A DNA stretch of 64,000 nucleotides from NCBI GenBank assembly GCA_050084985.1, contig JBITNC010000001.1, forward strand, positions 117,800,001-117,864,000. Reading direction: 5' to 3'. Within the stretch, counting starts at the first letter, position 1. Every line of letters begins with the position of its first letter. Both the position numbers and the translations under genes were made by a program. The notes under the pieces are model-generated. The model was not told where the DNA came from, did no database searches, and saw nothing but the letters and a program-made list of their open reading frames with translations. Source of the stretch: Nageia nagi (taxonomy: Eukaryota > Plantae > Pinophyta). Shown here piece by piece: positions 24,656-39,000 of the stretch.

Positions 24656-26089
24656 TAAAATCAAAATTCATTATCAAACATTATATATTCTTACATTATT
24701 CAACCCACTTCATAAAAAAATGATTAAGGTCCAAATGTCTTAAAGCTTTTATCCTTAAAATATTTTGAATGGATTGGATTTATTAAAAATATCAAATCAA
24801 GTCAAAAATTACCAAAATAAATTATTACATCTTGATAATACAAATTATCACACACCTTAATATTGATTTACAAATCATAAGTCATCTTGGCATCAAATCA
24901 TCATCAAAGTATAAGGGAATTTTTAGGAGTACCTTTCAGTGAGGTTTGAAATCCTTTTACACTTTTATAAATTGTAATTAGCTTGACCTTTAAAAATGGA
25001 TCAAATTATATCTACTTTTGATCCATCTAATCCTACATGTAGATCAATGCACCACCTATCATATCCAACTTTCCTTTCCTCAAATGAAATTATACTTTTC
25101 TTGTTTGAGCTTTAGTAAAATTCACCATTTTGGGTTACTTTTGCTTGACAAATTTTATGAAAATCACAAACTAGGGTCATTATGGACTTTTGTCATTTAT
25201 TAAGAACTTAAGGAATTGACTTACATGATTGTTATCCATTTTACAAGTAATCATACATTATATAAAAAATATCATTTAATTATTTTCATCAAAATCATTT
25301 ATCTATTTTTCAACATCATTAACTTATTTTGTTTACATTTATCAATTGTTATCATATCTATATTTCTATCATATTGCTATTATCATAAAATCTCTAAGAC
25401 TACTAATTCATGATATGGAAAGGGTGGGAGATGAAGAGAGTACTGGAGAGATCAAGGATGGAAATAATGATGATGCAAATGGTGGTGATTCAAGATTGAC
25501 CTTTTGGACCACAAAGGTATCAAAGGGTTAATTTGTGGTTTTGTTTGAATGCTCTCCTAAACCATCATTAGAAAACCCTATCAATTATTTTGCTAAATTC
25601 TCTTCTACATGTGACAGATGCAACACTAAAGTATTATAGGTCCATTCAACAAAGGAAAGGAGATCCTTAGGTTTGGCAAAGGAGAGTTTTCTTGTAAAAA
25701 TAAAGAATAACGGGGTCTCTAGTGCTAGGCATAAAGATCAACATTTTTAGTTGATAAATCCATGAAGATCATTGTAAAGGATCTAGATCTATTCAAAGGA
25801 AATATTTGGAAGGGTTGCTTGGAGTGTTTGTTGGGTGATTTCTTTTACAAAATCCCTCTAATTTTGTTCACTCTTGAGAAAGGATTTCCCAATTTGTTAG
25901 AAGACTATATGGTATAGTAGTTGGAATCTCAAGGAGATCAAGCTTTTGCCATAAAAACTCTTATTTTCAATGTTGAATACAAATGGATTGTGCTTATTTA
26001 AAGAGGAGAAAAATTTAGTACTTCAATTTTGGGAGAGAGTACTATTTATAGTATGAGAATCTTTTCCTAAATGATGGTCATAGTCATTA

Positions 26090-26450
26090 GGTTTCTTGGG
26101 AACATGGTGCTAAGGGCATTTAGGACTATGATGGGATGAACCTAATATATTAGGGATATATCAATGTGAATCATACCTCATCCAAGAGGAATAATAGTTT
26201 TTTATTCAAATTCTTATTAGGGGTAGCTTAGTTGCTTCTTGTGGATTGGTGCTTAGGTTGAAGTAGGCTTTCATGGTGCCCACTCATAGTGCATTGTATA
26301 TGGAGAGTATGCAAGGTAGAGAGTAATATCATTTAATGTTGAAGGAGGTGATGATTTTGCCAATGAAAGGTAGGGAGATTAATTATTATAGAAGTGGTCC
26401 ACATCTATAATTTTATACTGGTTCAATGAGTTGGCTATTCAAATGATCTA
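26090..26450 (+). mobile_element. Possible decayed L1-type RNase H (RVT_3-like) remnant
   Basis: HGAKG (cf. DGAxKGN), KVESN (cf. VESDS) and HIY (cf. HIYRExN) occur in the expected order; very degenerate. Confidence 0.28.
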
Positions 26451-27899
26451 GTACCACCTATAGAAGATTGGTGATGATCTCTTTTGGGAGTGAAAGGTTT
26501 TGAAAACTTTTAAAATCATAGCTTGGAAATAGTAGATGATAGGACATTTTTCCTATTGCATTTTGATCATCATTGGTAGTACTAGAAGATCAATTATTTT
26601 AATTACTTTTATTTTCATTTTTATGTTCTTTTTATATTGAAAGGTGAGAGTTCCTAGCTTCATTAAATGTGGATAGATACCTAAGGGTGAAAGGATTTAC
26701 CTTTAATGATGAGATATAGGTTGATTTTTGGATGAAGGATGGTTGTTGGATGATGTATATTTATTTTTTTCTATTTTATTGATATGTTGATCAAGGTTAA
26801 AACTTATGGGTAGTATTTTTCTTTATTGATGGGTGGCTTTGAGCCTCCTGGGTCAAACCTTGAACAACTTATGGGGGTTGTTTAGTGTATTTACACCCTA
26901 AATAAGCATTATTTGGGTGGTATTTAGGGTCTATCATTATGAATAAGCAACATTTTGGTGTTTCTTAGTTATCTCTCACTGTGATTGAGCTTTGTATAAG
27001 AGTTTCTCAAAGGATTCTCCTAAAGGATAAGAAATGAATGGGCATTGGTTTTGATTCCTATTATTTATAAGTGATGTATGGATATTGTCTAGAATGGTGA
27101 AGAGGTATTAAGGATGAGTACAAGCTAATATATTAGATTCTTGATGCATTGAGAAGATATTGAAGACCAAAGAAAATTAAGGCTTATCATATTAGGATAA
27201 TGTAGATTTTGGGGTGTGAAAGCCCTAAGTGAGGGAAACTGATGTAGAGTTTGGGGTTTGGAAATCATAAGTGGGGGAAAACATTTACCAGTAAGCTAAG
27301 AAACCTTATGATTATGGTGTAAGTTTTATCCCCATCATTTTAGCCCTTTGAGTTTTACATTACCAATTTTGGAAAGAGTAGATGTTCATTTGTGATCTTC
27401 CCATTTCATCTTGGCATGAATATTGAACTCCCTAGTTCAGAATGCTTATCTTAGATAATGTATTTATGGTTGTATTTCAATATTGTTGCTTTTTAAATAG
27501 TTTTGAAGTTTTTGATAGCAAATATTTTATGCCAAATTTTAATCTAGGATTTTAGAATTGGCCACATATTAGCCTAAAAACTCTTATATGATCTCAATTG
27601 TAATATCTTCTTAAGAATTAGCTATGTAAAACATTACAATTCCATTCAAAAATCCATCTTCCAATCTAATCAAAAAATAAATATTGCTATTTGTCATACC
27701 CAAAAAGACCCTGTTAGCAAATAAAGATAAATAATATTAAGAGAAATATATATATTTTATTACCTCTATGTATGACCTCAATTTATAGTAACAAATCCCT
27801 AGATTCAAAATGCCTTATCAAAAGGACTTTTAGAAAATTGGTGTTTATCCTCGTTAGCTTTATTAAAGAGTCATCAACATTTTTGTATGATCACTAGAG

Positions 27900-28601
27900 A
27901 TTTGATTGAGTTATGGATATCCATTTGTTAGTCATTAGCACTTCTGATTCTTTTGTTGTATTCTATTGAATTTTCCTTTTATGATCCTCCATCTAAATCT
28001 TTGAGTTCCTAATTTATCTTGCTTGAAAGACCTTCATTGCTTCATTATTTGACACATATGGACCCTACATATATGTAAAAATAAACACATCAAACATACC
28101 TATTTATTTTTTAAAACATAACATTGTAAACAAAATAACATAAATGCATGAAACAAAACACACTCAACTCATAAAGGATTTTGGACAAATTTCAGCATAG
28201 TATCTTTACTTAAAATTTAGGTCTCTTTCTTAAATATAGAAGGTTGTATTTATATATTTAAAAATATGTTTAAGTTCATATTTTTGGGGGCAAAAAACTA
28301 GGTCCAAGGGCCAGATCCAAAATGATATTGGTATCATGCTCAAATCTATGAGATTGACCATGAATCATCTCTAATCCACAACTTTGACAAATGAGTTACT
28401 CAATAATTTTTTTTTTAATTACATATTCACTAATGTATTATATACAAATGCCAACCTTTGATGTAAATCACCAATAACTGGTTATCAAGCATTGGATACT
28501 CAACATTAATTATAAACTTTATATAATAACATTTAATTTTAATTCCTTTTTCAACATTTAAAAAAGGGTCATTTTTTATTGTCTACATTTTGTCCCCTTT
28601 T
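27900..28601 (-). repeat. 3' LTR with polypurine tract
   Basis: PPT 28601-28588 is immediately followed by TGTAGACAAT (28587); TATATAAATA-like box near 28250. The distal LTR end is not resolved. Confidence 0.6.
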
Positions 28602-29380
28602 GAATTATCCATTAATGAAAGTGAAGGATGATTCAAAAATTACTTTTTTTTGGAAGTGGGCATGTTCAAGTTTCTTAACTTGTGTTTTCAACTTTAATTG
28701 ATGTCTTAGATTGGTCTAATCTCTAGAATAGGGTAAATTTAATTTTTTGAATCATGATTAAATTAGGTTTTGATCTTTTACATGTCATGCATTTCAAAAA
28801 TAGTAATGTTGTTCATCAAAACTACACTTGTGTTTATCTCTATACTATATGATGTTATGAGGTAGGTATGCAAGGATAGTCTAGTTCATCTTCATATATC
28901 ATTTTGAAGTATGTATTATGAAGTTTATTTTGTATATACAATTAATTTTATTGTTCTAATATTTGTCTTAAGAGAGGGGTTACATGATAATATTATGTAA
29001 AACTTCATACTATGTATTTATTCATGTTCAATTTCTTTAAATTTAAATCATTCAAAAGACTTAGCATTTCTAAAGCATACCATGTTATCAAAATGAAAAG
29101 CAAGAAAGTCATTCATTTAATTTGACTTATTTTCTTTTTTAATTTTGATTTTTTTTAAATGATCATTGAAATTTTCATAAAGTTGTCAGTAACTCCATAA
29201 ATCTGTAGCATTTTCAGCTTGAATGTCGACATCCAAATTTAAGGGAATATAAAAAATAAAAAAGCAACTTATATTTTTCAATTTTTTATTTGGTCTAGCT
29301 ATCAGAGACCCTTTGAATCCTTATACACTTTGCTTTTTTTGAACCTTACATCAACTTCCTAACTCTTTTTGTGAGTTAGT

Positions 29381-31800
29381 ATGCCATTGAGGAGAAGAAA
29401 AGCTAGTAAGATGAGGCTTATCCATGCTAAGGTAGGATTTTAAACCCCCTTTTTTAATTTTATGTTTAAATATGCATTTTTCTAACTTAGATGTAAAAAT
29501 TAAATCCATAGGAATGATCTATTTTATTTTTAAATATTTTTTGACCATTTAGATTTTTTAAGATAGGCTTATTTTTTGTACTTTTTGATTTTTAAATTGG
29601 AAACCCATGATCATCAATCAGGGTTGAAGGGTTTTAGATTCATTGACATTTAGCTGATAGATGCTAGTGATTATGCGACTCCATAGTAGAGTCATTGGCA
29701 TTTGAACTTAATTAATTTTTTTAATCATAGCATATTTAATATTTTAATTTAGATATGTTTTTGACCCTAGGGTTTGATATTCCACCATTTTGAGTAGGAG
29801 ATGCACATTTATCAATGACAAGGATCATGCTTTTCTTTAAGGTATAGGGTTTGGTGTTGGACTCTTTATGGGTCATATTAATTGGGATTATCCCCTTGTT
29901 ATGGCCTTAATTGAGAGGTGGGACTCTATGAACTTTACATTTCATCTCCCAATAGAGGATATGATTATTATTGTAGAGAACATATATCATCTCTATAATT
30001 TTCCTATTCATTTTTAGAATATATGACATATCATTGATCGAGATGATGCTCAACCAACCATCTATTTCCTTTATGGGATTGATAGGGTAGCTGGGATCAT
30101 GTATTCAAGGTTATATCAGGTTGCATTAAATACTACCATTTGTAGAGAAAGGAGTAAGAGGGGCATATCAAGTTCTCCTACTTCATTAGATTGATTCAAT
30201 TTTATGCTTTGCTTAACATTGGGAGTGATCGATTTCCATGATATCTAGTCTAGGTTATGGTGGATATGTTGCAATATAGTATTGTGTTTACTTGGGTACC
30301 TACTTTATTAGCTTAGTGCTATAGAGAGGTATTATTTTATTCTCAAGGATAGAGGACTTCTTTGATATTTACCATCACACTTCAGACATGGGTGCATAAG
30401 CAAATAGCCTTTGTACACCCTAATGGGCTCCTATATTCTATATTCATAGATATGACTCTATTTATAGCATGGATTCAGAGGTGGTGAGAGGATTATTGCA
30501 TTCTTCCTACAAATAGCATCTAATGAGATGTTAGTTATTATCATGGGGTATTGAGCCATCTTATTCTTGATCATATCAAGTTTTTTCCTTATCATTAGTA
30601 CCTAGTATGGGAGGAGATAAATGAAGAGCTTGTGAGTATCTAATAGGTTAGAGTTATCAATGATCATTAGATAGAGTTTTTAAATTATTTTCATTTTGAG
30701 CATGTCAAACATTAGTTTTATTTATCTCCCTCCCAATATTGTGATATTTCAAAGAGAAGGCACCATTCCTGTTGATGGATTAGAGCCTCTTATTTATGCT
30801 AAGCTTGACCCTAGTGATGATGAGGACTTGGGAGAGGATATTAATGAGGAAAATGTGGGATTCAATGAGGTTTATGCTACTTGGTGGGCTTCAGATATGG
30901 AGGAGGTGAATGAGGGTGATGAGGTTCGCATGTATGATATAAAGATGATGATATACTCAAGGAGATAGTGGGAGATTAGGGCCATGATGTTGAGTTTCCC
31001 TATCCATGAGAGTTTCCTAATATGGAGGTGAATGCAAAGGAGGAGATACCTCAAGGTGAGGCTACCTAGGGGGAGGAGGTGAGACATGCTCACTAGGTTT
31101 AGAGCATTAATTATTTACATGGAGAGATTGATGAGCTCAAGTTTTTACTTGATAAATCTCAATTGATGCTTACTCATTCTTGAGAGGATATCTAGATACA
31201 TAAAGAGAAGATTCAAAAGATATTTGACTTAAAGGAGGATAACCTCTATTATAGGGCCAAGTGAGAAAAGTATCACTTTAAGAGAGACATATCCTAGGCC
31301 ACTATTCAATTGTTACATCAGTAGATGGGGTCTTAGGGTACAACAGGAGGATTAGAGTAGCACTCTTCTATTTTTGTTAGATATATATGCAAAAAAAGAT
31401 ATTACTATCATGGGGTTATTGATACATGGATTTTAATTTTTCTCACATATTATCCAAGCTTAGACTACCCTTTTACTCCTCTAGGTTATATTCCCTTGTA
31501 TATTCATGCTTTACCTCAAGTAATGAGTAGTGATACATAGGGTGGTACTAATGCACATATGGCAAGAGGTAGGATTCAAATGAATCCTATTAAGATTGCT
31601 ACAACTATATCTTCTCATCATCAATCTTATTCCATTGAGATTCAATTTACTAGCCTAGATAGGAGTTTGATTTTCTTATCAACTTAAACAAGGCTTGATG
31701 TTGGTGAGACTAGTGGCCATGGTTGACAGATTAGTGGTGAGCAAGGTGATCCTACTATTGAAGGTTTTTAGATGCTATGATATTATTTAATACTTTTATG
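29381..31800 (+). pseudogene. Plant mobile domain (PMD, aminotransferase-like) ORF, antisense to gag-pol, decayed
   Basis: PMD motifs in order: MALIERWDSMNFTFHLPIEDMII (~29900; cf. ALVERWxxETxTFHLPxGEMTI), FTWVPTLLA*CYRE (~30290; cf. YSWGxAxLAxLYRxL), LQTWVHKQI..HP (~30385), then an acidic tract (ORF 30696..30968). Start and end are approximate. Confidence 0.8.
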
Positions 31801-33250
31801 ATGACATGTTTATGGAATTATATTCATTGATGATGATACATTTATTTTTATCATGATGATGATATATTGATCTCATGTGATGGATGGATGAACTATATTA
31901 TGATGATGATTTTTTGATATACGATTGATTTATTTTCATGTTATGATATCATGATGATTATTTGATAAGTTTTTTTTACCTACTTTAGATGATATTATGA
32001 TGTTTTGTATGATTTCATATATGTGATTGATTAGAAATTTTTTTGGTATTTTTAATGATGTTTCTACGTGGATGAGATGATGATACTATTTGATTTTTCC
32101 CTAATATGTTAGAGTAATAGTATTTACTTACTATTTTTGATGAATGGGTTATTTTATATCATGGAATGATGATGTTGGATGATGTGATATTAAAATATTT
32201 TACACCTAGAACTACTAATTTTGAAATATTTTGCTTAAAATGGTGTAATTGTATTATTACATGCTTATTTATATGATTTAAGTATAATTGGGATAAGATT
32301 TTAATTAAAAGAGTATAGAATCAGATATCATCATTTTCTATTTTTGGCTATTTTATACATATAGTTTTAACATAGGTAGAATGATACACACATGAATGGT
32401 ATGAATGGATGAAATTGTGAATATATACTCATTAAAATACTTATGTAGATGGTATGACCTTTGAATGTCAAAAGATCATATCCGACCAACTTACCAAGAT
32501 TATAATAAATAAATATATTTTTTATGAAGGAAAATTATTTTTATTAAGATAAAGAAATGTAATGATCAAAGTATTGAAATCAAATTCATCAAACAATCTT
32601 GTTTTTAGGTTTTATCTACTAGATATGGTATAAACTAAACTTATAATACATACAAGCTTACTATGAACTCGTGTGTGTGTAATGATGTCTATTTCCATAT
32701 CTAGACACTCTCAAACTTAATGTTTTATGAGCATAAAATATATAAGCTAATTAATCCTTTTGAAATGTACAAATGTCCATCATAAAGAATGTACATATCA
32801 TCACTTGTAAGGTATTCCCCACTGCCAGACATGTTTTCATAGCCCCTATGAGGATTAACCCCTAGATCCCACTAAATTCTTTCTCTACTACCAATTAGGC
32901 ATCCATAGTCCTAGTAGATAGTACTGTAATTACCTATAAATCATATAACATCTTTGTTTCTATTTTTATCTCTTTTTTTTTCTAATTATTATTTTCTTAT
33001 TTTTTAATGATACTTGGGTTCAAGATTAAGTGAATAATAGGATGAATAATCAATCTTTTCACTCAAAATTATGCTTAAGTAAAATCTTATTTTTAATTAT
33101 TTCAAGATATTTTAAATATGAAAAAGTGTATGATTTCACAATATCTTGAAATGTATTAAAGTTATATTTGTTTATCATCTAACTTTCAAAAACTTCATAA
33201 AAATAATTTGACAAAGTTGGATAAGAATATCAAGTCCATAAACCATTTCT

Positions 33251-33274
33251 TATATATATATATATATATATATA
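33251..33274. repeat. (TA)n microsatellite
   Basis: 12 TA units. Confidence 0.95.
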
Positions 33275-36009
33275 ATAATATTATTATATAAATTGCCAAC
33301 ATACCAATATATATGTATGAATTATACATCTATTCGCATATATTATGAAATTTTTCAAATTTACCATTTTAATTTTTTAATTTTTGAAGATATTTTATTT
33401 TTTTGGATTTTTGAAACTTTTTTTATTTTCATAGGTTTAATCATCACCTAACTATCCATGATTAAATCCATTTCATATGAAGGATTGAAATAATTCACTA
33501 TGAGATATGAGATGAAAATGCCATCATGTATGAATGGAATGATTGATGGACCAATGGGTTGAGTGATAAGTAACAAAAAAAGAAAACATATAATCATAAT
33601 AAATTCATTTTTTGGGATTTTAAATTGTAAATGATGAGTGTATCAAATAAATCATGGGGTGTAATGATGGGGGTCCAAGAAATGTAATGATTCGACATAA
33701 AAATGTATTGACATGTGCATTGATTGAAATCCTCCATATGAAGTCTAGTCTAGAGAGTAGATAAATGAGATTTTGGAGAAAATATTTGTTAGGTATGTTG
33801 TAAATGAAACAAGCTCCCCAATATGGTTCTTGATTTATTATTATATTCACATATAAAGAACCATTTAAGTCACTAAATTCTCAATTAGACCTATCAATAG
33901 CACTTGAAAATGTTTCCATAGAAAGGATTTTATGTTGAATGCAATTAGGAAACTCATGAAAACAATTTAGATTGACATTGTCTAACATGAAATGAATAAA
34001 ATATACTAGGCTGATTGGTAGGTCCATAAATATAATGAGGGTGACTTATGGTGTATATAGGTAATGTGTAAACACCTACCTATAATGTTATAATATAAAA
34101 TTTAGAAACTACCAAAAGTTGTGTAAAGAGAATATACATATATAACTTTATTTGCATGAATTTAGTGATAATACACACAAAATATTTCAAGCAATATATA
34201 CAACACATATGTACAATATGTACATAATATATTTTAGGAAATACTTTTATGATTTTTTATTTTGTTTTGTATTTTTTTCTTTGTTTTTATTTTTAACACT
34301 CATTTTTATAGCATGATGCGAAACAATTGACAATTATTGAATGGTGTATCCAAATGGATATCTTATGAATAATCTAATGCTCACAACATAAAAAGTAATA
34401 ATAAGGAGTTCTCAATCAAAGATGAGTGGACCTCATCCAAGGATGGATGGTTGAAAATAGATGTTATATGAGATAAGTAGTGGAGGTGTTAATGTAATTG
34501 ATGGTGTAGGTTTTGGTTTAAAATTTCTAATAACTCTCTTAGGTTCCATGAATGAAGATGATGCTTGATTATTTACTTTAGGGAGCTTTAGAAGAGATGG
34601 TAATACATATGATACAATGAGATATGTAATGATGGTAATAAATAGAGTGGTAATGGAACCTATTCGATCAGACTTTCAATAATATAAATAAACCCACACT
34701 CTCTATATGCATTGGATAATGTTTCACACTTTTTTTTCAATTTTTTTATTTTATTAATTCATTGAGTGATTCATGTGAATCATAGTTTTATCCATAGGAT
34801 TATTTACATAATAATTTTTGTTAAATAATAAACTATAATCGTATATGATTTCATTGTTTGTGAGGGATGGAATGATATAGGACATCACTTGATTAGAAAT
34901 AATATTAATTTGAGAGATTGAATGCCCTATAAATTTGAAATTAACATTCTCAACAAAATTCAATAATAATTTATATTTATCATAAGGCTAATGTAGATAA
35001 AACTAATGTAGTGAACTAATTCCAGATTCTTGTTCCATCCACATTTCTTGTGCTTCTACTTCAATCACAATCTTTAAGCCATTCATATTTAGTCCTCATG
35101 CATTTGATGTATGATTTTCAAAATATTTCATGGCTATCACTTTTTGTAATTCTCTTGGTAAGATAAGGAAATGAATAACAAGTGCGAAAGAAGTTTTTCA
35201 AAGTAATATCTTGTAAACATCTCCTTCATATCTATCCATGAAATCTTGAGTAACATAATCAAACTAAAATTGTGTTTATCTTGGGGCTTCTAGTCCTTTT
35301 ATTTTTAAAGATCTAATTTGATTTTTATAAAAAAAGGGGGAAGAAATCTCAAATTTAAATAAGAAAACCATTGGTTAAGATTTTATTTAATTCTTTTTTA
35401 TTATCGATGTTTACATAGAAATATGATAGAAAAATGATATATTAATTTTTGATGACACAAATCTCTTGCAAGATGATTTATACAATTTAGAATTCGATCT
35501 AGATTTTGAGGTTTGTGAGTTTAAATATATAGAACTCAATTGATGAAAGAATAATTTAGTATGATTCTAGGTGTTTTTGTAGGCCAATATAAGCATAACA
35601 AATTTATCTTATGCATTTATTCTTGATAATGCTAAAAACATAGAAAATGTACAATTCTATCTAGATGTATGTCAAGATTAAATTATTTAACACATAGTTT
35701 CCATCCATCATATTTACCTAGATAGTGCTTCAAAGCTAAATTTCTTTATATATTTATGGGTAATCGAAGAAAGTTTCAAGACCCTTGAAAAATGAATTGT
35801 ATCAAGTTGGATATAGCTTTACCTCATAAATCCATAGGCCTTTTAAACCATGATATTTATCATATTCATTTTCTTTCTCATGATAAGTGAAAATTCTTGC
35901 TCCTCTTTGTTACCATCTACACAATTCATTTAGTCTTATACGTTCATTTTGTAGCATTTTTTCTATTTTAACTATATTTATAATATGTACAATAAGACAC
36001 AAAAATATT

Positions 36010-39000
36010 TTAACTATAAAAGGATGAAGATGCATGATATTTATTGGTTCACACTCTTCATTTCCTTCCATATTAGCTAAATGATATGCTTCTATGCCAA
36101 ATTTGCTCTTAATGATATATGGTCCTATCTAATTAGGAGAAAATATATCATGAAGTTGACGTTCCATTCATCAAGTTTATTGATTTTCTTTAAGTACTAA
36201 ATCTCCTAAGTTAAATTCATCAATTTTAGCTTTTTTTTTTTTTCAAAAGCTTTTTTAATGCAATTTTGATAAGTATGCATGTGTTCTAATTCATGAAGTC
36301 ATATTTCATCTAATAATAATAATAATTGATCCAATCATACTTGATGAGATACTTTATCTATAATGTAATCTTGTAAAGTAATTCGTAGAGAGAAAATTTC
36401 TATTTTTGGAGGAAATACTACTTTTACCTTATAAACTAGATAAAATGGAGTTGCCCCTATAGGAGTTCTATTGCTAGTATGATATGCCTATAAAGCATGT
36501 GGGATTCTTGCATACCAATCTCTATGGGAATTATTAACTATTCTTAGCAAAATACTCCATATAGTTTTGTTTGTAGCTTTATCTTATCCATTTCCTTGAG
36601 AATAATATAGTGTTGAGAAGCTAATCGTATTCGAAATCCTTTAGATAAGGCTAATACCTATTTATTTTTAAAGTTCTTCCCATTATCTATAATAATTTGA
36701 GTAGGAATTCTAAAATGATATATAATATGATGTTCTATGAATTTCACTATTTTTGAGCCTTTTATAGAATTCATAGGAATAGTTTTGACCCATGTTGTAA
36801 AATATTCTATAGCTTTTATTATAAATTCATGACCACCTGAAGAAGTAGGAGATATTTGACCTATAAGACCTAATTCCCATATTGAGAATGGCCATAACAA
36901 TTTTATAAGTTGTAATGCTTATGATGGTTGATTGAATAAATTAGAATGTTGTTGATATTTGAAATATTTCTTAACATATTGAACATAATCACATTCCATT
37001 GTAGGCTAATAATATCCCATGTGAATTAGTTGTTTCATGATGATTGGACCATTAAAATATCCTTCACATATTTCATCATTCACACATGATATTGCAATTT
37101 GTGAGTCTACCTACTCCAAACATATAAGCAATATCCCATCGAAACCTCTAAGATATAGAACATCTCCTAATATGCAATAAAGAGAGACTTTTAATTTGAA
37201 TGCATTTTTAGCTAATTTTGTTAAATTGAGAGATAAAAATCCATCTCTTAAGAATTTAACTAATTGAATATACCTTAAATTTATTTTATATTCAATTGTA
37301 ATGTTAAGAAATCCACATTCAATATTATCCATTTCTAACAAAGATTATGTAATTTGAATTATCTCAATGTGAATGGTTTTTCTATGAGGATCTTTTGGTA
37401 TTAAAGATCCAATTTATGTCATGGCATTAACAAACCTATTGATTGATCTAGATGTTACCTCTAGTTCATATTTTTCAAATGATTGTAATAGAGTATCCAC
37501 TAAGTTTTAATATTTTTGATTTAACTGTTCTTTACATTAAAGGATTCCTTTAACCTGATTTAGAATTAACAATGAATCACCAATAAATTTGAATTTCCTT
37601 ATCTTTAATTTTATTGCAATTTTCATGGCTAATATCAAACCTTGATATTCAACATTATTATTTGTTCATGGAATATTACTTTTGAAAGAGTATGGTATAG
37701 GCACTCCTTATGGTGTTATGAATATAACACCAACACCTCCACTTTGTTCACATCGAGAACCATCAAAATAAATTACCATATCCCATTCTTTTTCAGGATC
37801 AACAAGAATTTCATTTTCATATAATTGGAAAACATGTTCATTTCACAATTCAATTATGAGAGTCTTATCATCTTGTAATGGTGCTTGTGCAAGATAATCA
37901 AGTATGACTTGACCTTTGATGTATTTTTGGCTTATAAATTATAAATCAAATTTTGTTAAATACATAATATATTTAGATGTCTTGGAATTTTAATAGGTTT
38001 TATTCATAATATTTTTAATAGTTCTTGTTTAGCAATCACATAAGTTATATGATTTAACATATAGTGTGTAAGATTTTTTGCTGCGAAGACTACTGCTAAA
38101 CATAACTTTTTCATGTATACATATCTTTTCTCATAATCAACTAGAGTTTGACTAAGATAGTATATAGATTTTATTTGTTATTTTGATTCTTTTGATTAAG
38201 CATAGTTCCTAAAGAAGATTCTATATTATATGAATAAAGTAAAATTGGTTCTCCTTCTCTTGGGGGAATCAAAATTGGAGGTGATAAGAGATAGTATTTT
38301 ATTTCTTCAAATGCTTCTTGTTGTTCCTTACCCCAATGAAATATGATTTATTTTTTAATACTTTATTCAATGGTTTACATTTATCTAATAATTGTTATAT
38401 GAAATATCTTATAGCTTGTAACTTTCCTTGTAAGCTCTATAGTTGTTTTATATTCAAAGGAAGAGGCATATTTACTATTGCTTTTATTTTATTTGGATCT
38501 ACTTCAATTCCTCATCTTGAAATGATAAAACTTAATAAATTTTTTAAGTAACTAAAAATACATTTCTTTGACTTAATCAAAAATTATGTTATAATATCCT
38601 ATCAAAGATTTTTATAAGTACTTCGAGATGATCTTCTCTAGTTTTAGACTTAGCCGATATATCATCTACATAGTTTTCCAAAATATCATGATGTAGTCAT
38701 AAAATATATGTATCGTAGCTCATTCATAAGTATATCTAGCATTTTAAAAACCAAATGGTATTACTTTATAAAATAAAGTTCCCTATGATGTTATAAAAGT
38801 TATTTTATTTTGATCTTCTATAGCTACTTTTATTTGATTGTAGCAAGAAAATCCATCAATGAGTGATATCATTTAATATCCAGTAGTAGAATCGACTAGA
38901 CTATCAATGTTTGGAAGTGAAAAATCATCTTTTTGACAAGTCTTATTCAAATATCTAAAATATGTGTAAATACATATTTTATCATAGGCTTTTTAACCAA

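Noticed and set aside
24660-25330. Possible copia RNase H remnant (DIFNK on the minus strand)
   Set aside because: A single weak motif; other copia motifs were not recovered.
27190-27900. Possible further LTR ends (PPT+TGATG at ~27240; CATCAACA+tttt at ~27879)
   Set aside because: No partner termini or clear PBS; too degenerate.
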